A DNA stretch of 64,000 bases from the human T2T-CHM13v2.0 reference genome, Homo sapiens: NCBI RefSeq assembly GCF_009914755.1, contig NC_060935.1, one strand, 5' to 3'. A program made the position numbers and the translations under genes. This document shows, one piece after another, positions 1 through 13,352 of this stretch. The notes beneath the pieces are model-generated. The model saw only the letters and a list, made by a program, of their open reading frames with translations. It was not told where the DNA came from and did no database searches. Every line of letters starts with the position of its first letter. Position 1 is the stretch's first letter.

Positions 1-1881
1 TTTAAGGTAGTTAAATATTTTTGTTGAATTCAATCACTTATCATTATGGAATGCTCTTCCTTTTTAACTGTTGCTGGTTTAAAGTATATTTTATACGATA
101 CACGAATAGCAACCCCTGCTCTTTGTGTTTTCCACTTGTATGACAGATCTTTCTCTATTTTTTTTTTTTACTTTTGCCTGTGAGTGGCATTACATGTGAG
201 ATAGGTCTCTTGAAGACGGCAGAAGGTTAGATTTTTTTAAATCCAGTTTGCCACCTCATGTCTTTTAATTAGAGCACATAGGCTGTTTTTTGTTCAAGGA
301 TAATATGATATGTCAGGTTTTTTTCCATGTCATAGAATACTATATAGTAGTATTTTTTCATGTCATAGAATACTATATACTACTTTGTAGTCTTGATTGC
401 ATAGTTGCTTTATAGGTCCATGGGCTATGAGCTTAATGTGTGCTTTTATGGTAGCAAGTATTATTCTTTCATTTTCATGTTTAAAACTCCCTTAAGCATC
501 TCTTGTAGATTCATTCTGATGGTGATAAATTCCCATAGTGATTGCTTGTCTGGGAAAAGTTTTATTTATCCTTCATTTGTGAAACTTAGTCTGGCAGGAT
601 ATGAAATTCTTGGAGGGCATTTCTTTGATTTTAGAATGCTAACAATAAATTTCCAATTTCTTCTTGCTTGTAAGGTTTCTGCTGAGAAGTCCACTGTTAG
701 TCTGATGAGTTTCCTTTTGTAGGTAACTTTTCCCTTTTTTCTAACTGCCTTTAAGATATTTTGTTTCTCACAGATACTCTGTGTCTATGTGCATTTCAGA
801 TGGTTGTCATGTACAGTATCTTGAAGAAGTTCTCTGGATTTCTTATACATGCATGTTGACCTCTTTAATAAAAGTGGGGAAATTTTCCTGAATTGTATTC
901 TCAGATATCTTTTTCAAGTTGCTTACTTTCTTTTCTTCTCATTCAAGAATGTCAATAAATCATAGATGTAATTGCTTTACATAATCTCACATTTCTTAAA
1001 GTTTTTTTCAAATTCACTTTTTTCTTTTTATTTGGTCTGAGTTGGTAGATTCAAAAGATTATTCCTCAGGCTTGAAACTTCTTTTTTTCTGCTTGGTCTA
1101 GTCTATTGTTAAGGCTTCCAAATGTAGTTTGAAATTCCTGTAGTAAATTTTTTAATACCAGAAGTTCACTTGGTTCTTTCTTAATATAGCTATGTTTTCT
1201 TTCAAATCCTGGATCATTTTTCTGTTTTCTTTGTGTTTGATTTCAACTTTCTCTTGGATTCCTTTGAGTTTTCTTTTCATCTATCTTGAATTCTTTTTCT
1301 GTCCTTTCAGATATGTCATCCTTTTTAGGATCCATTGAAAGGAAGCTAGTGCAATCCTTTGGAAGTGACAAAAAGAAAACTCTGGCTTTCTGTATTTGGG
1401 AGTTATTTTTGCTGGTTTCTTCTCATCTGAGGGAACTGATGCTTCTTTCTTTTCTTTTCTTTCCTTTTTTTTTTTTTTTTTTTTTGAATTTGCTATAGTT
1501 TCGATGGGACTTTTTTTCCATGAGAGTATTACTGTGGGGTACGTTTTGTATAATTGATTGGCTTTATTTCTGGATGTTTTCAGAGGGCCATTGTTAGGTG
1601 TAGATCCCTTTGTTGCAGATATACTCATGTAGTGCTTTTCAAAGATGTTACTTGGTGTAGCAATCAATTTTTGTTTGGTGGTGTAATTCCAGCTGCATAC
1701 CTGTAGATGGCACTTATCAGTAAGAGCTGGCAGAAGGTTCTGGCTGTGAGTGCTGGCTGTGGGTGGTGAAGGTGATGGAGAAGCATGAGAAGTGCCCTCC
1801 CCAAGTGCTGTTTACTTTTGACATGAGTGGAGCTACTGGAGAAGCCCAAGAAGTTGACCTCTTTGGCCCACATGCCCCAGG
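1..1881 (-). mobile_element. Old primate L1 (L1PA13-16-like): ORF2 5' end, ORF1 and part of 5'UTR; continues beyond window start
   Basis: Minus strand reads ...cagATGAGAAGAAACCAG (ORF1 start region, ~1427) and endonuclease-region sequence near 1-270; many stops and frameshifts. Confidence 0.85.
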
Positions 1882-2265
1882 TGTATTAGGCTGTTCTTAC
1901 ACTGCTGTAAAGAAATACCTGAGACTGGGTAATTTATAAGGAAAAGAGATTTAATTGGCTCATGGTTCTTCAGGCTGCAGAGGCTTCTGTTTCTGGGGAG
2001 GCCTCAAGAAACTTGCAATTATGACAGAAGGCAAAGGGAAAGATGGCACTACTTACATGGCCTGAACAAGAGGAAGAGAGGGAAGGGAAAGGTGTTACAC
2101 ACTTTTAAAAACCAGATCTCATGAGAACTCACTCACTATTATGATAACAGCATGAGGGAAGTCCACCCCCATGATCTAATCACCTTCCACCAGGCTCCTT
2201 CTCCAACATAGGAGATCACAATTCAACACGAGATTCGGGCTGGGACATAAATTCAAATCCTATCA
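1882..2265 (-). mobile_element. MSTA-like MaLR LTR (3' LTR of provirus)
   Basis: Starts tgtattagg...aagaaatacctgagactgggtaatttata, ends caaatcctatca; typical MST LTR in reverse orientation. Confidence 0.92.
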
Positions 2266-3899
2266 GTCTGCCTCTGGCCCCTCCCAAATCTCATGTCTTT
2301 CTCACACTGCAAAACAGCATCATCCTTTCTCAACAGTCCCCCATCTTAACTCATTTCACCATTAATTCAAAAGTCCACAGCCCAAAGTCTTATCTGAGAA
2401 AAGGCAAGTCCCTCCTGCCTATTATTCTAGGAAATAAAAAACAAGTTAGTTACTTCAAAAATACAAAATACAATAGGGGTACAGACATTGGGTAAATACG
2501 CCTTTTCCAAAAGGGAAAAAACAGCCAAAACAAAGGGGCTACAGTCCCCATGCAAGTCTGAAACCTAGCAGGGAAGTCATTAAATCTCAAAGCTCCAAAA
2601 TAATCTCCACTGGCTCCATGTCTAACATCCAGGCAACACTGATTCAAAGGGTGGGCTTCCAAGGCTTTGGGCAGCTATACCCCTGTGGCTCTCTAGGGTA
2701 CAACTCCTGTAGCCGCTTTCATGAGCTGGTGTTGAGTGCCTGTGTGTTTTCTAGGTGCATGGTGCAAGCTGGCAGTGGGTCTACCATTCTGGGGTCTGGA
2801 TAACTGTGGCCCTCTTCTCACAGCGTCACTAGGCAGTGTCCCATTGGGGACTCTGTGTGGGTGCTCTAACCCCACATTTCCCCTCTGCACTGCACTAGTA
2901 GAGGTTCTTCATGAGGGCTCCACTCCTGCAGCAGACTTCTGCTTGAACTGCCAGGCATTTCCATACATCTGAAATCTACTCAGAGGCTCCCAAGCCTCAA
3001 TTCTTGTCCTCTGTGCACCTGCAGGCACCATGTGGAAGCCACCAAGGCTTATGGCTTGCACCCTCTGGAACAGCAGCCTAAGTAAGATGTATTGGGGGCC
3101 TTTTAGCCATGGCAGGAGGTGAAATAGCTGAGAGGCAGGGAGCAGTTTCCCAAGGTTGTGCAGGGTAGCAGGGACCTGTGCAGCTTCCTGACCAGGAAAC
3201 TATTCTTCCCTCCTAGGGCTTCAGGCTTGTGATGGGACGGGCTGCTGCAAACATCTCTGAAATCCCGTTGAGGCCTTTTCCCCATTTTCTTGGCTATTAG
3301 CACTTTGTTTCTCTTTACTTTTGCAAATTTCTGCAGCTGACTTGAATTTCTCTCCAGAAAAATGGATTTTTCTTTTCTACCACATGGCTTGGCTGCAAAT
3401 TTTCCAAATTTTTATACTCTGCTTCCCTTTTAAATATAAGTTCCAGTTTCAGATCATCTCTTTGCTCATGCATATGAGATTATGCTGTTAGAAGCCGCCT
3501 GGCTATGTCTTGAACACTTTGCTGCTTAGGAATTTCTTCTGCTTGATACCCTAAATCAACTCTCTCAAGTTCAAAGTTCCATAGATCTCTAGGGCAGGGA
3601 CAAAAGCCTCCAATCTCTTTACTAATGCATAACAAAAGTGACCTTTGCTCCAGTTCCATAAGTTCCTCATCTCCATCTGACACCTCCTCAACCTGGACTT
3701 CATTTTCCATATCACTGTCAACATTTTGGTCACAACGATTTAACAAGTTTCTAGAAAGTTTCAAACTTTCCTTCATCTTTCTGTCTTTTTCTGAGCCCTT
3801 CACACTCTTCCAACCTCTGCCCATTATCCAGTTCCAAAGTTGCTTCCACATTTACTGGTATCTTTATAGCAATATTGCATTCTCCTGGAACCAATTTTC
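2266..3899 (-). mobile_element. MST-int MaLR internal region (~1.6 kb)
   Basis: Lies between two LTRs; minus ORF 3480-3851 (GRGWKS...DRKMKESL...CDQNVDSDMENEVQ...SDGDEEL) resembles the decayed MaLR internal ORF. Confidence 0.92.
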
Positions 3900-4271
3900 T
3901 GTATTAGTCTATTCTTGCACTGCTATAAAGAAATACCTGAGACTGGGTAATTTATAAAGAAAAGAGGTTTAATTGGCTTGTGGTTCTGCAGGGTGTACAG
4001 GGTTCTGCTTTTGGGGAGACCTCAGGAAACTTACAATCATGGCAAAAGGTATAGGGAAATCTGGCATGTACTACATGAGCAGGAGGAAGAGAGAAAAAGA
4101 GGAAATATTACACACTTTTAAACAACCAGGTCTCATTAGAACTTAATATCAGAAGAACAGCATAGGGGAAGTCCACTCCCATGATCCGATCACCTCCCAC
4201 CAGGCCCCTCAACATTGGAGATTACATTTTGACATAAGATTTGAGCAGAGGCACAAATCCAAACCACGTCA
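3900..4271 (-). mobile_element. MSTA-like MaLR LTR (5' LTR of provirus)
   Basis: Direct repeat of 1882-2265; flanks ccagg (1877-1881) and ccatg (4272-4276) form a 4/5 target-site duplication (TSD). Confidence 0.92.
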
Positions 4272-5240
4272 CCATGCCCCATCTGTGCATTGTGGAGGTG
4301 GGCAGGAAAGAAAGAGCTGACCCCTCTCCACGTCCATGTCTGGGCTTTGGTGTTGCCCCCTTCAGTGGCTGGCATTGTGTTTCCTTTGACCTAAAGAAGG
4401 CTTTGTAAGGCTGTGCTCTACCCCTTAGGGGTAGCCCACACTGAGGGTTGGATCTAACAGGGATTGGGATCTGCCTCCCTCCCTCTTCTCAGAGCTAGCG
4501 GAGCACTGTGCCCAAACTGACCAAGGGAGCAGACTGATGCACTCAGCATTGACATATGCAGACCAGTTCCAGGTTGCAAAACTGTCCCTAGTTGAAAGTC
4601 ACACTGCCCTTGTGAAACCTCAACTTCAGCAATACTACAATCCTATTGGGGGGAGACAGCCTAATTCTAATGCCTACTGTCAGGGTGCTCTCCACACTGA
4701 CTACTCAGTCTGGCTGTGGGGGCCCTTCCTCTGCTCCAGAACAAGTGCTCCAATCTCTGGCCTATACTTAAATGTCTACAGAGGCTGTCATTGCCCAGTC
4801 ACCAAACAATGACTGACTTAGTGTGAGCCCAGATTAAAAATGGTGTCCTCTCAATCCCAGTTCTGGGAAAATGCCTGCAGCTTTCCCCATTGCCTTTTCT
4901 TCTTTCCCTCTCTCAGCCTCTCTTCAAGCTAGCTTCTGTGCTTCCGAGAAACAGGATGCTCTCCCTTTGCCTGGACTGCACGGATTACGAGTGGAAAGGA
5001 GAGACACAGAGCAAGACTGGATGCCTTTCTCATGTGTGGGGCTCCATTCACTTTATCAGCTGCACTGTCACGGAGCTGCTTATCCACCTTCTTCCTAGGG
5101 TCTTAGGTGTCCTTCACTATTCCAGTGAATTCCTATTTTCCTTCTTGAACTAAAGCTCACAGAGTTTATCTTTACACACTATTTTGCTATTACCAAGTGG
5201 CTGAAGCACACTAAAAGCTTCTAATCCTGTATCTTGTCGG
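4272..5240 (-). mobile_element. 5'UTR of the same L1 as 1-1881 (split by the MaLR)
   Basis: GC-richer UTR ending in ttctaatcctgtatcttg, the antisense of the decayed L1 5' caagatgg motif. Confidence 0.75.
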
Positions 5241-5329
5241 GAAAGAAAACAAACTTTAATTTCTGTTTTGATTTTCCCTTTCTATCCAAAATTTGTTTAG
5301 AAAATGTTTTTAAAGTCCAGTAGTTTCAT

Positions 5330-5790
5330 TTTTTTAAGACATGTAAACCTACATAAATTTGCAGTTGACTCATCATAAACATTAAAGTGTAAAATTTGAA
5401 ATATGTTGACATCATAAGTGGAAACTGTCACTGCAATCAAGAAATTAAATATATCTTTCATCCCCCCTACAATGTTTTCTTGTGCCTTTTTGCATTCCTT
5501 GCATCCTGCTTTTTCATATCCAGGGCTTCTTGCAGCACCAGGCAACCAAAAATCTGCTTTTTGTCACTGTAGATGAGTTTACATTTTCCAAAATATTATA
5601 TAAATTAAATAATACTGTATGTATGTGCTTTTTCTGACTTCTTTCACTCACAAAAATGATACTGAGACTTAAGCACATTGTTGTGTTTATCAACAACTCA
5701 TTTTTTTATTGCTGAGTGGTATTCTATTATGTGAATATATTATAAATTACTTTTCTATTCACTTATTGATGAACATTTGGGTTATTTTGG
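5330..5790 (-). mobile_element. L1M (L1MC/MD/ME-type) 3' end fragment
   Basis: Antisense L1M 3' motifs (ctttcactca..., ttattgctgagtggtattctatt, gatgaacatttgggtt). Confidence 0.75.
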
Positions 5791-6780
5791 TTCTCTCTTA
5801 CCCATTCTATTTACAACTGCACTGAGGGCTAAAGGAAACAGAAAAAGAAATGAAAAGTACCTAAGATGAGAATGGATGTGTTAAAACAGTTCCTGATCAA
5901 GGACTTAATGGTTTATATAGAAAATCCTAAGGGATAACCACAGAAATTTCTAAATTAATAAGCAGTTAGCAAAGTTTCAGGATAAAATTTACTTTTAAAA
6001 TGTCTATTTTAGTTATATGTACTAGAAATGGTTGGAAATTATATTTTTAAATTCCATATAAGATAGCTTCAGAATGTAAAATGTACGGAGAAATAAATTT
6101 CACAAATGTTGATCAAAACCACCACAATGAAAAACACAAAATGCTGTTAAGTTAGACCTAAGTAAAAGGGAAATATAAGGTGATCATGGATTGGGAAGCT
6201 AAATATCTATAATGTGAAATTATCCCCTAGTTAACCTATAGATTTTATGTAATCTCAATAATAATCACTACTGAGTTTTTAATAGGAATTGAAAAGCTAA
6301 CTCTAAAACTTGTAAAAAAGAATGATGAAGTTGAAGTGCACACGCTACTTGACTTCAGCCCTATGCAGCTATAGTACATTGATTTTTAGAAAGCTATGGT
6401 AATCATAAAGCTACAGTATTATACTTTAAAGTACAGTAATAAAGATGGTTTTATATTTGCGTAGCAATTGAAAAATAGAAAAATTGAAACAAAAAGAGAA
6501 TCCATATATAGACCCACATTTATAATTTCCACAAAGCCACCAATGTATTCAATATTGATTCAATATTTGATGCTGGAACAATTGGTTATTGGCATTTAAA
6601 AGCAGATTTCCACACGTTTCTCACATTTTTACAAAATAGATTAAAGGCGGATCACATACATAAATGGAAAAGCTAGAATTATAAAATTTTAGTAGGAAAC
6701 AGAGGAGAATATCTTCATGACCCAGAGATAAACAAAGATGTCCTAAGTGGAAACCAGAAAGCAATAACAACAGAAAGACA
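5790..6780 (+). mobile_element. Old L1M (L1ME-like) ORF2 fragment
   Basis: A-rich decayed RT/C-terminal sequence (tatagaaaatcctaagg, catggattgggaag, tgctggaacaattgg). Confidence 0.75.
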
Positions 6781-7242
6781 ATGATACTCTGTTTGATTTA
6801 AGCCCAGATATATTTCTTGAGATAGAATCTCACAAGTGGAACTTGGGTCTGAACATGATGCGTATTTTAAAGAAGTCTGTTATTTTAGACCATGGAAACT
6901 CTCCCCATAAATACTCATGAGGTTTGGAACTTGGACACTTCCCTTTACGTGTTTGCCTCATGAGTGCCCCATGACTGTGACATGAGGGATTCGGAGAAGC
7001 ACTGTTAATAAATTTGATCTTTGTCCAGAGAGATGGTGAGCATGACAACACAGTGAATGGTGAAAGTGATTACAAATACCAAATTTATCATCAAAATATA
7101 TTGATCAGCTTATGTGAAATAATGAAATGGCACAGAATGGAAATGAGCTGCTTGTAGCATAAAAAAGGATTCAGCTAGTGAAATGCAAGACATTCTTCTC
7201 TTCTAACGTCAAATCAGTATTGTGTTTGAAAATAAATGTCCT

Positions 7243-7381
7243 ACACACACACACATACACACTCAAACACACAAATAGACACATTTAGAAAACACTACAA
7301 AAAAACCATAAACATCGTAAGTTGACAGTAAGAGAAATCACTATAATTACTTTTTTCCTTTACCTCTTTCTCTCACACACA

Positions 7382-7412
<31 letters not shown>
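7243..7412. repeat. (CA)n microsatellites, main tract ~7374-7412
   Basis: Direct reading. Confidence 0.95.
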
Positions 7413-7413
<1 letters not shown>

Positions 7414-7499
7414 TTTCTTCCCACAAAATTGGAACTTTGCAATTCATACATCTTTGTAGCCAGCATTTGGTACATAATTTATTATGAGTGTTTTTCCAT

Positions 7500-7830
7500 G
7501 GCATTAACTATTAATGCACAGTATTTTTATTAGTAGTATTGTATTCCATTTTATGGATGTGTCATAGTTTATTTAACCAATCTTCTACTTTTATATAGTC
7601 AGAACATTACCAATTTATTCTTTAATATAAATAACCCTGCAGTGAAAATCTTTACATGTGAATGATTATCCTCATCCTATTATTTCTTAAGATATATTTG
7701 TGAAACTTGAATTACTGGGTCAAAGAATATGAACATATTTAGATTCCACATATCTGATGGACCTAAATTGTTTTTCACTGAGATTATATCAATTTATATT
7801 TTAGGAGCAGCATTTACTACCACTTTTGAT
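7500..7830 (-). mobile_element. L1ME-like 3' fragment
   Basis: tattccattttatggatgtgtcatagtttatttaacca; aattactgggtcaaagaatatgaacat. Confidence 0.65.
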
Positions 7831-8669
7831 TCTCTTCTAACACAGCTGACTTTGGAAGGCCTGAATAAGATAGGAAAAATATTAGGTATGTGGAAAAACC
7901 TCTGTCTCTTTCTGTGGTAACAGTGAAGAATACAAATTAAAAAATGGGAATTGCAAGCACAGATATTAGCATATTTTATTCTACACAAAGTATTTTTATT
8001 TCCTGTGCAAAAGCAGTAGGCAAAATACTCACTGGGAATAATAAAAGCATAACAGAATTCCCTCTTACATGAAGAATGAGATTTTAAAATTTTAAAGAAA
8101 TTTTTTTTAACTCACAGATGTGTTGTAGAGGGAGAGCTCCTGCGTAATAACAAACGGGTTATTTTTTCCAGTAAGGTTTTCAAGCTCTCCTCCTGACCTT
8201 TTAAAATAAATATTTACACTAAGTTTCTAGCCTAATAAAAAATTGAATTGTATAAATTATAATTCTACTACTGATATGCAAATTGTACAATGTTTTCTTT
8301 ATCTTACAGTGGCATCTATAGTAGACATTGTTAATTCTATCCCCCAGCTATTTTCCCCATGTTCCATTGTTCATAATGGGAACAAGTGAGTAACCATCAC
8401 TCTAAATGACTAGCCTGAGCCAATAATAATGTTCTTACTCACTTTTTTAGTGATTTGTTTAGAGCTTGGCATTATATATAACAGTGTCTTATCACTATGC
8501 AAAGGGATGGCTTTTTCATGTACAAAGGAAAAGACACTTTAGAGAAAAAAAATTATGATAAGCCAGCTTGTGTATTTAGAATACTAAATTGGTAGATGAA
8601 TTTACTGATGTAAGGTACAGTATATAGAAGCCTACTCTGCAATGCTAAAAGAAGTTTGAATTGTCATTC

Positions 8670-9520
8670 TTCTAAAAATATTTAATGAGCATCTTTCATT
8701 TGCCAGGATTATTTCTTTAGAGTGTGTAGAGGAGAGGCAGGGGGTAAAAATAAAACTATAAGTATACAACAAAGTTGTACATAGTATTATGTGCCATGAA
8801 GCTACTATGACAGGGTAATATGAGGAATATTGACAATAGAATGGGAGTTTTCATGTTTTAGAATGGATGACCAAATTGAGTGTCTATAAAGATAGTTGAG
8901 CAGAGGCTTTACCATTTAAAGAACCTAGCCATGAAAACCTATGAAGGGTGGAAATTCAAGGAAAAAAAGAATTGAAAGCTCAAAGGCTTGGGGATGTAAA
9001 AGAGTTTTGATGCTGGAACGAAGAGAACAACTCTTACATGCAGAGTCTGTTTCATGCAGGGATTTAGACTTCATGGTGAAAAGTTAAGATTTAATTCTAA
9101 GTGAAGTAAGAAACAATCAGAGAATTTTAAACAAGGGAGTGATAATGGTCTGATTTGTATTTTTAAACTATTCCTCTGTTTGCTGAGTGGAGATTACATT
9201 GCAGAGTAGGAAGGATATTTGAGACACCAAGGTGGGATATTACTACAATTGCCCACATTAGATATTATGGTGTCATCTAGGGTAGAAAGTGAATAAGTAG
9301 AAAAGCTAAAGTTACATTATGAAGGGCAATTGGCAGGATTTACTCATGTTCTGCGTATAGGGTGAAGTAAAGGGAAAAATAACTCCTTTTTTTTTAAGTT
9401 AAGTGACTGTGTGAGTTGTGGTACCATATATTGAAATGTAAGAGAATTGAAAAAAAAACTGTTAGAGATGATGGTAAATCACTAATTCTTTGTTGGGCAT
9501 GCTAACTTTGAGAGACATGC
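8670..9520 (-). mobile_element. L2 LINE fragment
   Basis: aatatttaatgagcatct...tgccagg; ttttaaacaagggagtgata...gatttgtattttaaa; gggcatgctaactttgag. Confidence 0.75.
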
Positions 9521-9939
9521 CTTTTTCAGTTTCTGGTGGCTGCTGTGAGGACATGAAAGGGGATAAAAGAAACTGGCATAGACCAGGTTAGAGTTGATGA
9601 AATCCTACAGAAAAGATGTGTCATAGTAAATGATCAAAATATAGCACAGTAATATCCTGATGTTTAAAGCAATTAGGGTTGGAGCTACTAAATTATATTT
9701 TAAATCTAATAACCATATTCATAGCAATCTATTTGAACACAGATCCTGATTTCACGTTGTTTCAATGTTGGAAACAACTACTCACTCCCTGCAATCTACA
9801 CAATTATCTTTACTCAATTCAAAGTCTTGCCCATTTCAACATTTCTGTTCTCTTTCTAGGCTTTTCCATGTCTCAGTTCCCTAGTATTGCCTATCAGTTT
9901 CAGTTCCACTGAACTTTTATCGATAGAATTGCTGCTGCA

Positions 9940-10420
9940 CCTTTGTATAAAACCAGTCAATCATGCATGCAAGAATTTAATTCTTGATTATCCGTTCTTT
10001 TCCATTGATCTATGTGTCAATTTTGTCAATACCATGCTGTCTTGATAAGTGTAGATTTGTACTAAGTTTTGAAATTCTGAAGTATGAGTCTTTCATACTT
10101 TATTTTCTCTTTCAAGATTGCCTACTCTGGGTCCCTTATATTTCCATATGATTTTAGGACCATATTGTGAATTTTTGCTAAAATAGAACAAAACAACAAA
10201 ACAAAAATAGAGCTGCTATTTAAAAGGGATTGCATAGATTATAGATCAATTTAGGGAATATTTACAAAGTATTGAAATCTTAACAATATTAAGTCTTTCA
10301 CCATGAATATGAGGTTTCTTTTTGTTTATTTAGGTCTTTTTGCATGTCTTTCAACAGTATTTATAGATTTCAGAGTAAAATGTTTTGCACATCTATTGTT
10401 AAATTTATAAGTATTTATAA
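9940..10420 (-). mobile_element. L1M ORF2 fragment
   Basis: ttccattgatctatgtgtc, atttccatatgattttagg, tatagatcaatttaggg antisense ORF2 motifs. Confidence 0.75.
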
Positions 10421-10495
10421 CATTAGGATAGTGGATATTTCCTTCTTTAATTGCATCAATCTTTACTGTTTTCTCCCAAATTTGACCTTCAACTA

Positions 10496-10758
<263 letters not shown>

Positions 10759-11149
10759 GACCTTCAACTACTTTTAAAGACGGTTATACATAAACTAGTA
10801 CTACTTATTTCTTAATATATTTTTACATATTGGTTTTATCTCTACAACTAGAATGTAAGCTTCTTGAGGGCAAAATCTATGAATTCATGTTTTACTTAAG
10901 AGTGGGAGGAATGGGATTTTATTTTTCATATTATATTATATGTCTATATTCTATAATTTTCTATCTTTTTGTTATGATTTCAGGTTTAAAATTTTTAATA
11001 TGTTCTGCTTTTTTTAAGTATAGTGTATAAGGCTTAGGATCTAGTAAATGTTGATCTCTCCAACTTTATACCCTACTATATTTTCCACTAAGATGATGGT
11101 AAGTTTCATAGAATTCCTAAGACATTAAGCTATTTTACATTATATAGCT

Positions 11150-11497
11150 TTGTATATGTTTTCCCATCTGTTTAAGAGTTTGCTTTGCTCTTACTTTTCT
11201 GGCAAATAAGTGTTTAATTATGAAATCCCTGCTTACACATCATGAAATTCACGGAACCTGAGCTGGATACCCATATCCCATGTAGCTATCTATTCTCATA
11301 AGTATATTAACTTTGTACCTTTTGCATAATTTTATTGTCGTGTTTGTGGAAATACTATATAACTGTTTTTCTTAATGAATTGTGAGTTCAATGAAAGCAA
11401 GGCCAATGTTTTGCTCTTTTATACATCCCACTGCCTTGTGTAGAGCCATGTTCATGGTAGGCATTCAATAACAATTTGGTAAAACGTATGAATAAAC
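11150..11497 (+). mobile_element. L2 3' end
   Basis: Ends catggtaggcattcaataacaatttggt...tgaataaa. Confidence 0.65.
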
Positions 11498-12522
11498 TAA
11501 ATTTGTTTCTAGGTTTTAGTTTAAATTTCCTATTTAACAGCGATGCACAAAATCTTTACCATTCAATTAATTTGTTATTTTCCAGCTTAACTATTAATTT
11601 AAGTTGGGTAATTTATTAAGTATTCTGAGTATCCTTAGATTTGGATAATTTTTTAATTTGCATAAATTACCCTATCCTTACCTAAGCAAGATATTGATGG
11701 CAATATTTTTATCTGATAAAAGATGCCAATTCTGGACAAGGGCTGAAGACTTGGCTTGGATTAAGAAAGGAACCATTTTGGAAAAAAAGAGAAACCAGTG
11801 GAATCTTTAAGAGTCACAAAGGCTGACATGAAATATTGGAATCTGGAGAATCCCCAAATATGTATCCAGATTTTTCTACATTAAATATGCTGAAATCTAA
11901 AGCTTTATACAGAAAATGGTGAGAGTGAAATCTCCTGAATTCTTACAGTGTTTGGGGAAATGATGCACAATGAGAGTAAGAGTACCTGCCTCAAACACAA
12001 GCCCAGTTTTCTTCTTAAGACACTTAACATATTTTGCAATACCTCTCATGAGAATAGACACAAATACCTTAAACAAATAATAGCAAACCAAAACCAGTAA
12101 TATATTAACGATAATATACCATGACCAAGTAGGGTTTATTCTAAAAATACAAGAACATTTTAATATTCAAAACTTAATCAAAGCAATATTCATTATATTA
12201 AACAGAATAAAGAATAAAAACCATAGGATCATCTCAAGAGATACAGAAAAAACACATTTCATAATATCAATACATGCTCTTGATAAAAACTATCAGCATA
12301 GTTGATAGTAAAGTAAATATTCCTAATCTAAAACAGTCTGTAAAATTTAGTTAATATCATATTTAATGGTAACTTGTAACACTTTCTTCTAGCTCAGAAC
12401 TTTTAAAAAAGGAAGACATAAAAACCTAATTTATTGAATATTAATGTATAGCCACTGCTATATGTTAGGAAACATTTAAAAATGTATATGCATCAGAAAG
12501 AAAAGGGCAAATAATGTCATTA

Positions 12523-12752
12523 CAGGTTGAACATCATTTATCTGAAAAGCTTGGAAACAGAATTGTTTTGAATTTCAAATGTTGTCAGATTTGGAATATT
12601 TGCATTACCCAGTTGAGCCCCCATAATTCCAAAATTTGAAATTCAAAATGTTCCAATGAGCATTTCCTTTGAGCAACATGTCAGCTTTCAAAAAGTTTCA
12701 GATTTTGGAGTAATTTGGATTTGGGATTTTCAGATTAGGGATACTCAACCTG
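12523..12752. mobile_element. Tigger4a/MER46A (TcMar-Tigger non-autonomous)
   Basis: Terminal inverted repeats caggttga... / ...tcaacctg, TA on left flank; internal ccaatgagcatttcctttgagc. Confidence 0.88.
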
Positions 12753-12799
12753 CATTTATAAATAAGCTGAATTTGCATATAGAAAATATAAAAGCCTCA

Positions 12800-13352
12800 T
12801 AGTAGTTTCCTCCTTTCATAGGTTCCCAGGCTCAAGTGGATACTTAACAACCATGAATAGTACCAAACCCAATCTATACTATACACACTTTTTGTTTTTC
12901 ACTTTTTCACATTTTCACAGATAGATTTGTTCTTCTAGAAGCTTTTTAGCAACCTCAGCATAAATTTTTTTATTTCTTTAATATGGAAAGAACTTTCACC
13001 TTTTCACTTAAAGGAAGCACTTTACAGTTTCTCTTTGGCATATCTGCATTGCAAGCATCACTACTCTTGCGCTTTAGAGCCATTATAAAGTAAAATAAGG
13101 CTCACTTGAACACAAGCACAACAATACTGTGACAGTCAATCTAATAACTAAGACAGCTACTAAGTGACTAACAAATGGGTGATTTCAGAGAAGGATGGCA
13201 TAAGATTTCATCATGCTACTCAGAACAACACACAATCTAAAACTTAGGGATTGTGTATTTCTGGAATTTTCTATCTAGTATTTTTGGACCACAGTTGGCC
13301 ACAGGTAACTGAAACCTCAGAAAGCAAAACCACAGATAAGGGGACACTACTG
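12800..13352. mobile_element. MER44 (Tigger7-derived) DNA transposon
   Basis: Ends gataaggggacactactg-ta; internal agatttcatcatgctactcagaac and cacttaaaggaagcacttt. Confidence 0.85.

Noticed and set aside
3480-3851. 123-aa ORF as a domesticated gene
   Set aside because: Ordinary MaLR internal ORF relic; neighbouring parts are frameshifted
5330-6780. Opposed L1M fragments as one 5'-inverted element
   Set aside because: The pieces appear several hundred nt apart in L1 coordinates and I see no TSD; they could be independent insertions
6913-6965. 10-bp inverted repeat actcatgagg / cctcatgagt
   Set aside because: Short and built on a palindromic core; plausible by chance
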